Source: Squalus acanthias
Lineage: Eukaryota
Assembly: GCA_030390025.1 (NCBI GenBank)
Contig: CM059432.1
Coordinates: 138,510,001 to 138,574,000, forward strand
Direction: 5' to 3'
Length of the DNA stretch: 64,000 nucleotides
Both the position numbers and the translations under genes were made by a program. The first letter of the stretch is position 1. Every line of letters begins with the position of its first letter. Under the pieces are notes generated by a model. It saw only the letters and a program-made list of their open reading frames with translations. It had not been told where the DNA came from and did no database searches. This document shows positions 51,885 to 62,494 of the stretch, one piece after another.

Positions 51885-52864
51885 ATGTTGTCATGGGAGC
51901 AAGGTCAGCCCATGAACGGAAGGGGATTGGAACCTCCTTGTAGTTTGAGACAAGACTTCCAGGGCTTCTGAGCATGGAGAGCCGATCAGAAGGACTATTG
52001 GCCAATCTTAGAGCAGCGCTATCAGTTCCCGCAGAGAAGGAAGTCCATGGGTATTACACATCCCGCCCTCCATGGTGGGTTCAGGGCAGCAGGAGAGAGC
52101 TGCAGGGGCCTGAAAAGGGGGAAATGGATGGAAAATGTAAACGAAAATTGGATTTCTACCCTGGCTGTTTTTTAATAGATCCTCAACCCAATTACTGTAT
52201 GCAGGTCATAGAGAGGAATCGTCAAAGGAGACCCCGGCTCTTCGTCATTCTGATTTGAAATAATGGCCAGAGCAGAGTATTAAGTTTATATTACACAAAA
52301 GCAATGAAAAATTGGACATTGACCATCTTTCTCCACTTTGTCTGGCTAAGCACAGAGTGGTATTGTTGCAGTGAATGTTATGGGCCTTCATGAAAATGGG
52401 GAAGAAGAGTGTAAATGGGATGACACCAGCTTGTAGATTGTAGTGTGACTTATCACACGACTTTATTAAGGCCAGTTATATTTCAGTTCGTAGCCCAAGG
52501 ACGCAGTGATATAAATTACCATCAAAGGTTACATTTGACGATTAATGGTAGTAAAATAGACTTATAAGAAAATCCCTTTTGTCAGAGCTACAAAAGAAGT
52601 AGTGTATTTGAAAAGTGTAAATCAATTTAGTACGCTTCAACTTTATGAACCACCCTCAAATACTTCTAAAACTGCATCTGAAAGATGATGTTATAATTAA
52701 CTGATCTTGTGATGTTTGGTTGCATATATTTCACAGGCTGTGAAACATATTACTGTAGTTCAAATAATTAAAAAATGACTAGTGATGTGTGTCAATGCGA
52801 ATATAAAACAGTTTTTAATTAGTTATATTTTCCTAGAAGTCAATCTTCTCTAAAGAAGTACGAA

Positions 52865-54365
52865 TAAACATAGGAATGGGAGTAGGCCATTCAGCCCCTC
52901 ACGCCTGTTCCACCATTCAATTAGATCATGGCTGATCTGTCTCTTAACTCCATCTACTCGCCTTGCTTCCGTATCCCTTAATACCCTTTGCCTAACAAAA
53001 ATCTATCAATCAGTTGAAACCCCCCCAGCCTCAACAGATTTTTGGGAGAGAGTTTTCCAGATTTCCACTACCCTTTGTGTGAAGAAGTGCTTCCTGACAT
53101 CACCCCTTGAACGGCCTAGCTCTCATTTTAAGGTTATGCCCCCTTGTTATGGACTCCCCCCACCAGAGGAAATAGTTTCTCTCTATCTATCCTATCAAAT
53201 CCTTTAATCATCTTAAACGCTGCAATCACATCGTCCCTTAATCTTCTGTACTCGAGGGAATACAAGCATAGTCTATGCAACCTATCCTCATAATTTAACC
53301 CTTTTAGCCCAGGTATCATTCTGGTGAATCTTCACTGCACCTCCAACAAAGCTAATATATCCTTCCTGAGGTGCGGTGCCCAGAACTGAATGCAGTACTC
53401 TAAATGGAGTCTAACCAGATCATTATATAACGTTAACATAGGGGGCGATTTTGCCAGCCCTGGGGAGGCGGGACTGCCGGAAAAATGGCAGAATCTGGGG
53501 ACGGGTACCCATCCCGCCCCCAACCCACCTCCATGTTATCTTCCCAGGAGGCGGGTACCCGACCCGCGCTGGGAGCCGCCTCCTCGAGGCGGGAAGGGGA
53601 TTAATGCCAATTAACTGCCTGTTAACAGGTAGTTAACAGGCAGATTTTTGGATAATCCCTATTTGGAGCCCTAAAGTGTGGGCTTCCCAAGGCGAGCCGT
53701 GGGTCTGCGGGGGTCGGAGGGGGCTGAGATGTCCGGTGTGCAGGTGAGTGATGAGTGCATGTGTGCAGAGGTAAGTGTGTGAGGTGAGTCTTAAGTGTTT
53801 TAAAAGCTTTACTTACCTTTGCTTCTTCCTCCAGGCTTCATCCCTTCAGGTCTCGGGAGTCCCTCATCTCACCGGCAGAGAAAGCAGAATATCCGCTACA
53901 TTCTCAAATGCATCAGCCTTCTGCTTTCTGCTCAGGATAGATCTCTAACTGAGCCTGTGTCCCAGGACTCAACTTAGAAGACAGATTGTCAGTGTTTGAC
54001 AGCTTCACAGAGCCGTCAAACGATGACAATTCATCTGTCAAAAGCTCTTGACAGATGAAACGTCACTCGCTGACGTCACCTGTAACTGGCTTTCCCTTAA
54101 TTGGCCTGCTGGGTGGGCTTAACAAGGTCAATCAAGGGAAAATAGCGTGGGTTGGCCGGACGTCGATGGAGGCGGGACTAAAGCAGCAGTCCCGCCTCCA
54201 TCACGCCCCCATTGGCAAAATCACCCCCATAATTTCCACCCCTTTGAATTCCTGCCCCCCTGAGATAAAGGCCAACAATCCATTGACCGTCTTGTTTATT
54301 TTTGTACCTGTCCACTAGCTTATAGTGATGTCTGTACTTGGACTCCCTAAATCTCTCTGCTTCTA
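52865..54365 (-). mobile_element. CR1 fragment interrupted by a Harbinger MITE
   Basis: LYSLEYRRLRDD and [11 protein letters not shown] motifs. Confidence 0.82.
53441..54228 (-). mobile_element. Harbinger MITE nested in a CR1 LINE
   Basis: TIRs GGGGGCGATTTTGCCA and (revcomp) GGGGGTGATTTTGCCA. TSD ATA at 53438-53440 and 54229-54231. Its right end resembles the left end of 21853-23610. The CR1 sequence resumes seamlessly on both sides. Confidence 0.88.
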
Positions 54366-55015
54366 TGTTTTAATTACATGTTCATTAATAAGTGACCTAT
54401 GCATACAGGTTTGAACAGCCTAGACTGTAAAGGGCTAGACCCACCTTCCATTGCTGGCTTAGCAGTGGTGCAGGATTTCTATCTGCCCACATGAGTCCGC
54501 TGCTAACGCACTCAAGATTCTTGAGCGGTGTGGAATGGCAGTGATAAAACCACTGCTTATTGGTTTACCATCACAGTGTGGGAGGGAACATAAGAACATA
54601 AGAAACAGGAGCAGGAGTAGGTCATTTGGCCCTTCGAGCCTGCTCCGCCATTCGACAAGATCATGGCTGATCTTCTAACTCAACTCCACCTTCCTGCACT
54701 ATCCCTTAATTCCCTTCGTTCTCACAAATTTATCGATCTCTGTCTTGAATATACTCAACGACTGAGCATCCACAGCCCTCTGGGGTAGAGAATTCCAAAG
54801 ATCCACAACCCTTTGAGTGAAGAAATTTTTCCTCATCTCAGTCCTAAATGGCCGACCCCTTATTCTGTGACTGTGACCCCGTGTTCTAGACTCCCCAGCC
54901 AGGGGCAACATTTTCTCAGCATTAACCCTGTCAAGCCCCTTAAGAATTTTGAAATAAAAACAGAAAATGCTGGAAATACTCAGCAGGTCAGGCAGCATCT
55001 GTGGAGAGAGAAACA

Positions 55016-55054
55016 GAGTCAACGTTTCAGGTCGATGACCCTTTGTCAGAACTG
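55016..55054 (-). ncRNA. Hammerhead ribozyme motif with core mutation (CUGACAA)
   Basis: Minus strand agtt-CTGACAA-agggtcatcgacct-GAAA-cgtt-gact; the G of CUGANGA is replaced by A. Confidence 0.55.
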
Positions 55055-55339
55055 GAAAAAGTTATAGAGATGTAACAGATTTTTAAGCAAGTGTAGGGGC
55101 AGGGAAAGGGAGGATGGGAGGAAAGAACAAAAGGGAAGATCTGTGATAGGATGGAAGGCCTGTGATAGGATGGAAGGCAGGAGAGATTAAAAGACAAAAG
55201 GGATGATGGTGCAAGGCAAAAGGAGATGGTAATGGGACAAGTTAAGAAACAAAAGATGACTCTAGATGAGGTGTAAATGGCAATGGCAGAATCATCAACA
55301 GCTGCCATGTGAGAGAGGAAAAAAAAGTAAGGGCCGAGG

Positions 55340-56683
55340 TTATAGTCTGAAATTGTTGAACTCGATGTTGAGTCCAGAAGGCTGTAAAGTGCCTAATAGA
55401 AAGATGAGGTGCTGTTCCTCGAGCTTACGTTGAGCTTCATTGGAACAGTGTAAGAGGCCGAGGGCGGAGAGGTCAGAGTGGGAGTGGAGCGTAGAATTAA
55501 AGTGACAGGTGACTGGAAGCTTGGGGTCATGCTTACGGACTGAACGGAGGTGTTCCGCAAAGCGGTCGCCCAATCTGCATTTGGACTCCCCAATGTAGAG
55601 GAGACCGCATCGTGAGCAGCGAATACAGTATACTAAATTGCAAGCAGTACAAGTAAATTGCTGATTCACCTGGGAGGAGGGTTTGGGGCCCTGGACAGTG
55701 GGAAGGGAGGAGGTAAAAGGGCAGGTGTTGCATCTCCTGCACTTGCACGGGAAGGTGCCGTGGGACGGGGAAGGGGTGTTGGGGGTGATAGAGGAGTGGA
55801 TCAGGGTGTCGCGGAGGGAGTGGTCCCTTCGGAATGCTGAAAGGGGAGGGGAGGGGAAGATGTGTTTGGTGGAAGGATCAAGCTGGAGGTGGTGGAAATG
55901 GCGGAGAATGATCCGTTGAATGTGGCGGCTGGTGGGGTGAAAGGTGAGGACAAGGGGAAACCTATCGTGGTTCTGGAAAGGAGGGGAAGGGGTGAGAGCA
56001 GAAGTGCAGGAAATAGAATGGACCGTGTCAGCCATGGTAGAGGGGAATCCTCGGTTGAGGAAAAAGAAAGACATATCGGAAGCACTAATATAGAAGGTGG
56101 CATCGTCAGAGCAGATGCGGCGGAGACGGAGAAACTGGGAGAATGGAATAGAGTCCTTACACGAAGCGGAGTGGGAGGAAGTGTAGTCCAGGTAGCTGTG
56201 GGAGTCAGTGGGCTTATAGTGAATGTTTGTCAATAGCCTATCCCCAGAAATGGAGACAGAGAAGGGAAGGGAAGAGTCGGAGATGGACCATGTGAAGGTG
56301 AGGGAAGGGTGGAAATTGGAAGCAAAGTGAATGAAATTTTCTAGTTCAGGGCGAGAGCAAGAAATGGCACCAATGCAGTCATCAATGTACCAGAAAAAGA
56401 GGTGAGGGAGGGGACCTGAGTAGGACTGGAACAAAGAATGTTCCACATATCCCACGAAAAGGCAGGCATAGCTAGGACCCATGTGGGTTCCCATAGCAAC
56501 ATCTTTAATTTGGAGGAAGTGAGTGGAGTCAAAGGAGAAGTTGTTCAATGTGAGAACAAGTTCAGCTAGGCGGAGGAGGGTGGTGGTGGATGGGGACTGG
56601 TTGGGCCTCTGTTCAAGGAAGAAGTGGAGCGCCCTCAGGCCATCCTGGTGGGGGATGGAGATGTAGAGGGATTGGACGTCCAT
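55340..56683 (-). CDS. Penelope reverse transcriptase / GIY-YIG endonuclease ORF (partial, 447 aa)
   Basis: Motifs DVQSLY.SIP, Q...AMGTHMGPSYA, YIDD, YKPTD, CKCRRCNTC and NLVYCIRCSRCGLLYIGES...RFAEH. Confidence 0.88.
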   Translation of the reverse strand: MDVQSLYISIPHQDGLRALHFFLEQRPNQSPSTTTLLRLAELVLTLNNFSFDSTHFLQIKDVAMGTHMGPSYACLFVGYVEHSLFQSYSGPLPHLFFWYIDDCIGAISCSRPELENFIHFASNFHPSLTFTWSISDSSLPFSVSISGDRLLTNIHYKPTDSHSYLDYTSSHSASCKDSIPFSQFLRLRRICSDDATFYISASDMSFFFLNRGFPSTMADTVHSISCTSALTPSPPFQNHDRFPLVLTFHPTSRHIQRIILRHFHHLQLDPSTKHIFPSPPLSAFRRDHSLRDTLIHSSITPNTPSPSHGTFPCKCRRCNTCPFTSSLPTVQGPKPSSQVNQQFTCTACNLVYCIRCSRCGLLYIGESKCRLGDRFAEHLRSVRKHDPKLPVTCHFNSTLHSHSDLSALGLLHCSNEAQRKLEEQHLIFLLGTLQPSGLNIEFNNFRL

Positions 56684-57703
56684 AGTGAAAAGGAGACAGT
56701 TGGGGCCAGGAAACTGGAAACTGTTAAAGTGGCGGAGAGTGTCAGAAGAGTTGTGGATGTAGGTGGGAAGAGACTGGACAAGGGGAGAAAAAGTAGAGTT
56801 GAGATAGAAAGAGATAAGTTCCGTGGGGCAAGAACAGGCTGCAACGACAGGTCTACCAGGGCAGTCTTGTTTGTGGATCTTGGGCAGGAGGTAGAAGTGG
56901 GCTGTGCGGGGTTGGGTAACTATGAGGATTAATTAATGGACACCTCTCATTCTTCTAAACTCTAGGGAATATAGGCCTAGTCTGCTCAATCTCACCTCAT
57001 AGGGCAATCCTCTCCTCCCAGGAACCAGTCTAGTGAACCTTTGTCGCACTCCCGCTAAGGCAAGTATGTCTTTCCTTAGGTAAGGAGACCAGAACTGTAC
57101 ATAGTACTCCAGGTGTGGCCTCACCAATGACCTGTATAATTGTAGTAAGACTTCTTTATTCTTGTACTCTAATCCCTTTGTAACAAAAGCTAACATACCA
57201 TTTGCTTTCCTAATTGCTTGCTGTACCTGCACTTTCTGTGATTCATGTACAAGGACACCCAGGTCCCGCTGAATGCAAACATTTCCCAGTCTCTCGCCAT
57301 TCAAAAAATATTCTGCTTTTTTTGTTTTTCCTACCAAAGTAGATAACTTCACACTTCCCCACATTGTATTCCATTTGTCATGTTCTTGCCCACTCAGTCA
57401 ACCTGTCTATATCTCTCTGCAGCCTTTTTTCCGTTCTCCTCACAGCTTACTTTCCCACCTAACTTTGTATCATCAGCAAACTTGGATACGTTGCACTCAG
57501 TCCCTTCACCTAAGTCATTAATATAGATTGTAAATAGCTGAGGCCCAAGCACTGATCCTTGTGGTACCCCGCTAGTTATAGCCTGCCAATCTGAAAAAGT
57601 CCCATTTATTCCTACTCTCTGTTTTCTGTCCATTAATTAATCCTCAATCCATGCTAATATATTACCCCCAATCCCATGAGTCCTAATTTTGTGTAATAAC
57701 CTC

Positions 57704-59720
57704 TGGCTGAATTTTGCCAGCGCTCAGAGTGCGGGTTTGGAGGCGGGTCCGCTAACAAAATCACAAAGATTGACAGCGGGTCGGTATCCCGCTGTAAACC
57801 CGCCTCCTTGTCAGTTTCCCAAGTGTCGGGCCTGTCATCCCTGAACAGACCCGACACCAGCCAATTTAGATAGTTAAAAGCTTATTAAAAGGTAGTTAAG
57901 AACCATTTTCCCATGTACTTACCATTTTACCAGGTTTTCAGTGAGGTTCCCGGAGAGCGGCTATCACGTCAGGTAAGTATGTCAGGTTCACAATGACTGT
58001 GGATTGCTGTGAATAGGTGAAAGCTGCAAAAGTGGTATAAAACCTACCATTTCATAGCTGTTCACTTCCCAATCTTAGAAGCTGGAGCATTAATGATTTG
58101 GAACCCACTTTTGAGCTTTATGCATTTTTGAAGTGTTTGGAGTAATCTCTCTATCCACTGTAACCTCCTTGGAACAACCTATCTCAACATTGACAGATTA
58201 CTTCTGTCATCTCTACCTCACCTGCCATCTATTCCATCAGCATCAGTGCACTTGAAAAAATCTCACCTTGGTCCTCAGAAACCCAACACAATCAGCCCCA
58301 ACACCAGCATCACCAGGCACACCAGCAGCACCAACATCCACACCAACCTTCTCTGCAATCAATTGATGCTGCACTAAGAACATAAGAAACATAAGAAATA
58401 GGAGCAGGAGTAGACCAATCGGCCCCTCGAGCCTGCTCCGCCATTCAATGAGATCATGGCTGATCTGATCCAACCTCAACTCTAAAGAACACAAGAAGTA
58501 GGAGCAGGACCAGGCCACTCGGCCCCTGGGCCCGCTCCGCCACCCACAGGGCCTTGACCGATCCGAACTCAAACTCATGTCCAATTTCCAGCCCGCTCCC
58601 CGTAACCCCTGATTCCCTTTACTTCTAGGAAACGGTCTATTTCTGTTTTAAATTTATTTAATGAAGTAGCTTCCACAGCTTCCTGGGGTAGCAAATTCCA
58701 CAGACCCACTACCCTCTGAGTGAAAAAGTTTCTCCTCATCTCAGTTTTGAAAGAGGAGCCCCTTATTCTAAGATTATGTCCCCTAGTTCTAGTTTCACCC
58801 ATCATTGGGAACATCCTCACCGCGTCCACCCGATCAAGCCCCTTCACAATCTTATATGTTTCAATAAGATCGCCTCTCATTCTTCTGAACTCCAATGAGT
58901 AGAGTCCCAATCTACTCAACCTCTCCTCGTATGTCCACCCCCTCATCCCCGGAATTAACCGAGTGAACCTTCTTTGTACTGCCTCGAGAGCAAGTATGTC
59001 TTTTCTTAAGTATGGACACCAAAACTGTATGCAGTACTCCAGGTGCGGTCTCACCAATACCCTATACAACTGCAGCAATACCTCCCTGTTTTTATATTCT
59101 ATCCCCCTAGCAATAAAAGCCAACATTCCATTGGCTTTCTTGATCACCTGCTGCACCTGCATACTAACTTTTTTGATTTTCTTGCACCAAGACCCCCAGA
59201 TCCCTTTGTACTGCAGTACTTTCCAGTTTCTCGCCATTAAGATAATAACTTGCTCTCTGATTTTTCCTGCCAAAGTGCATAACCTCACATTTTCCAATAT
59301 TGTATTGCATCTGCCAAATCTCTGCCCACTCACCCAGCCTGTCTATATCCCCTTGTAGGTTTTTTATGTCCTCCTCACTCTCTACTTTCCCTCCCATCTT
59401 TGTATCATCTGCAAACTTTGATATGTTACACTCGGTCCCCTCCTCCAAATCGTTAATATAGATTGTAAAGAGTTGGGGACCCAGGGCATCAGCACCCGAC
59501 CACATTGCTGCCCGGGAGGGCAGGGATGGCCTCACCATGTCCAGATTTGTTTCACTTAACACTATACACCCTGGCTGCCACATGATGCACCAGGTCTGCA
59601 CCACCCCACACCAGCACCATAAAGCATCCCTACACTGTCCAAGCCATTCCTTTCTCACTCATGACCATTGCGGGGTGGGGAGGGAACGTTATGTCTCAGC
59701 ATTCACTGGAACTCACTAAC
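57704..59720 (-). mobile_element. Harbinger terminal arm (same family as the right arm of 21853-23610), interrupted by CR1
   Basis: Starts with TIR-like (t)ggctgaattttgcc. 57960-58374 and 59480-59720 are the reverse complement of about 22720-23350 (e.g. cacattgctgcccgggagggcagggatggcctcaccatg). Confidence 0.75.
58375..59483 (-). mobile_element. Relatively young CR1 fragment with a doubled 3' end, inserted in the Harbinger arm
   Basis: [12 protein letters not shown]...FADDTK and a long open C-terminal frame. Two consecutive 3'-UTR units. Confidence 0.88.
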
Positions 59721-60113
59721 ACACTTTCAAAGGGAAACTTTGGAAACAGTAATGCACCATCTTATCTCCAAATCACAATGAGAACTCATATTACCTGGCA
59801 CAATGGGTTTTGTTAGTCTTGAAGGACAGGTGTTTGAAGGGAGCCTGCATCTGCAAGTCTGATAACAATGATATGCATGCAGACAAGTGAGTGAAAAGAA
59901 ATATCCTTGCTAATCACATTCCTTTAAGTCTGGGTTATCTCATCGAAGGAAGAAAAGGTAGCGCATAACCAGTAACAAGTCATACAACTGGAAAAGGAAT
60001 ACCAATCAGGAAACCATTGGAAGAGGAGTAGGCTTTGCAGCTGGTAGGGAGACAAACAGGAGAGTCTGTATGAGATGGGGAAATAAGGGGCAAGTTGCCA
60101 AGATCAGGTTAGT

Positions 60114-60578
60114 AAAGAAAGACTTGCATTTATATAGCGCCTTTCACGACCACCGGACGTCTCAAAGCGCTTTACAGCCAATGAAGTACTTTTGAAGTGT
60201 AGTCACTGTTGTAATGTGGGAAACGCAGCAGCCAATTTGCACACAGCAAGGTCCCACAAACAGCAATGTGATAATGACCAGGTAATCTGTTTTTGTTATG
60301 TTGGTTGAGGGATAAATATTGGCCCCAGGACACCGGGGAGAACTCCCCTGCTCTTCTATCGAAATAGTGTCATGGGATCTTTTACGTCCACCTGAGAGAG
60401 CAGACAGGGCCTCGGTTTAATGTCTCATCTGAGAGACGGCACCTCCAACAGTGCGGCACTCTCTCAGCACTGCACTGTAGTGCTTTATTTCTGTGGCTCA
60501 AGTCCCTGGAGTGGGGCTTGAACCCACAACCTTCTGACTCAGAGGCGAGAGTGCTACCAACTGAGCCACAGCTGACAC
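60114..60578 (-). mobile_element. Full-length Deu-domain SINE
   Basis: Family match from head to tail. Confidence 0.88.
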
Positions 60579-60967
60579 TGAGGTAGGTAGAGCAAGGAGT
60601 AGGACAGGTCATTTCAGATTTATGTGGATTGTCGGAAGTGTAGCAGTGGCCATGCACTCAGCTACTATTTCTTCAAGGAGTCACATAAGGCACCGAAACA
60701 AGCTTCTGTGCTTTTAAAATCCATGGGGGTAACTTGGTGGAAGAGGCCAACCATTCAAATGAACAACTGGGCTCAAAACTTTTGCAAAATTCTCACCAAC
60801 TCCATCACAGCATCTTACCTGCCCCAGCAGCAGCCTGGGAGGGAAGCAGTTAGTAAACCAGAAAAGTTTCACTAGGTGCAGCGCTGAGCACTAGTGAGCA
60901 GCAGAACCTGAGAGTAGAAGAGGGGGAGTGTGCCGTTCCTCCAGGGAGGGTGCAGAAACAAATTACT

Positions 60968-61634
60968 TGGCTGTGGCTCAGTGGGTGTCACTCTCGCCTC
61001 TGAGTCAGAAGGTCGTGGGTTCATAGTCCCACTCCAAGAGACTTGAGCACAAAATCCAGGCCGACACTTCGCTGCAGTACTGAGGGAGTGCTGCACTGTC
61101 AGAGGTGCCGTCTTTTGGGTGAGATTTTAAACCGCAGCCCTGTCTGCCCTTTCAGTTAGATGTAAAAGATCCCACGGCACTATTTCAAAGAAGAGCAGAG
61201 GAGTTCTCCCTGGTGTCCTGGTCAATATTTCTCTCTTAGGCAGTCCCTCGGAACCGAGGATGACTTGCTTCCACATTAAAAATGAGTTCTCAGGTGACTG
61301 ATGAGTCCAATGCCGGACCTACAGTCTCTGTCACAGGTGGGGCAGACGGTGCTTGAAGGGGCGGCTGGGTGGGGTGCTTGGGTTGACGTGCGCCCCTTGC
61401 GCTTGGCTTCCGCTTGCTCCTGAGGTCAATATTTATTCCTCTTCCAACATCACAAACAGATTATCTGGTCATTATCGCATTGTTGTTTGTGGGAGCTTGC
61501 TGTGTGCAAATTGGCTGCTGTGTTTCCTACATTACAACAGTGACTACACTTCAAAAAGCACTTCATTGGCTGTAAAGTGCTTTGGGACGTCCTGAGGCCG
61601 TGAAAGGCGCGATATAAGTGCAAGTCTTTCTTTC
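60968..61634 (+). mobile_element. Full-length Deu-domain SINE with nested RTE fragment
   Basis: Family match, split at 61231-61423. Confidence 0.88.
61231..61423 (-). mobile_element. RTE-clade LINE 3' end inserted in a SINE
   Basis: Minus strand encodes CPTCDRDCRSGIGLISHLRTHF* (C-terminal C2H2 finger), then a cctcg-gttc-cgagg hairpin and a short ag tail. 11-bp TSD ggtcaatattt at 61220-61230 and 61424-61434. Confidence 0.8.
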
Positions 61635-62494
61635 CTGGCTGAAGAGCCTAGGTTTCCAGATCTGGGGGCCCCCGGAAATCAAAAGAAGAATGTTTCAGGA
61701 GCATTGATCTCACATACAAGGCAGTGGAGATGGCTTCCATACATACGGTTGAAATGATGAAGAGGTGGGAGGAGTCCACGGCACGCATCAGTAACACATT
61801 GCAGGAAGTTTCTCATGACCAGCAGAACTCGTTGGCGTGAATGACCGGCCAGGAGAATCTGCAGCAGCAAGGTGCAGAAGGAGCTTCGAAGGACATTAAT
61901 GGCTTTCAGAGTGTCTTCTACCACTGCTGTAATAGATACTTTGAGGGCCAGCCTGAACTCAACACTTTCACAGGTCTTCTAAGACTTGATTGGGACTATT
62001 TGGCCTGATATGACACTGATCAGTAGCACCTCTGAGCAACTGCCCTTCATCAATGGACTGCAAGGAGTGGCAATAGATGTTGCTGTCTCATTTGATATGG
62101 ACAGTGCACCTACTTCTCCCTTTGAGGCCAGCCCCTGAGGGAGCAGCAAACCTGGGCCCAGGCCTCCTTGACAATGCAAGAGCATGGCAACCAGAAATGA
62201 CTCCTTCAGGGACAGCAGCTTCACTGAGACAAGAGTCACCTCTGTCCTCAAAAGCTCAAGAGGAACCTTCTCAGCCACCCACCTCTCGACTGTACATCAC
62301 TCAGGGAGTATCTTGAAGAAGTAGTAGATTAGAAGGTAGAACGTGTAAGGTAGCTGGCACAAAGGGTCGACACAGTGGTAAGAAATAACTGCAATTAGTG
62401 TGTAGGAAACTGTTAGAAACCTTTGGTGAAATTTATTCTGCAAAGTAAAAATTGTTTGACCCATAGACAATCTGGGAGGGTTGGCTAGCCTAGC

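Larger units (their letters stand above)
54951..56932 (-). mobile_element. 5'-truncated Penelope-like element (RT + GIY-YIG) inserted in a CR1
   Basis: Long ORF plus a 3' region with a hammerhead-like motif. The flanking CR1 is split at taagaatttt...aatg..acctctcattcttc. Confidence 0.9.
54585..57703 (-). mobile_element. CR1 LINE (RT region to 3' end) interrupted by Penelope
   Basis: [21 protein letters not shown]...KFADDTKL and RPHLEY. Tail gaacataagaacataag at about 54586. Confidence 0.88.
59949..62370 (+). pseudogene. Degraded downstream exons of a Harbinger Myb-like partner gene, split by two SINEs
   Basis: 59949-60107 lies between ag and gttagt and reads EEKVAHNQ*QVIQ/TGKGIP..KPLEEE*ALQLVG..ESV*DGEI, like the post-Myb segment K.AHN....TGGG....L...EE.AL...G...DGE. 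The 3' extent is inferred from low-complexity coding-like sequence. Confidence 0.5.

Noticed and set aside
61236..61275. HDV-like ribozyme at the cctcg/cgagg hairpin
   Set aside because: The hairpin sits just after the RTE C-terminal zinc-finger stop, so it is the 3'-UTR stem-loop. I could not build the nested double pseudoknot.
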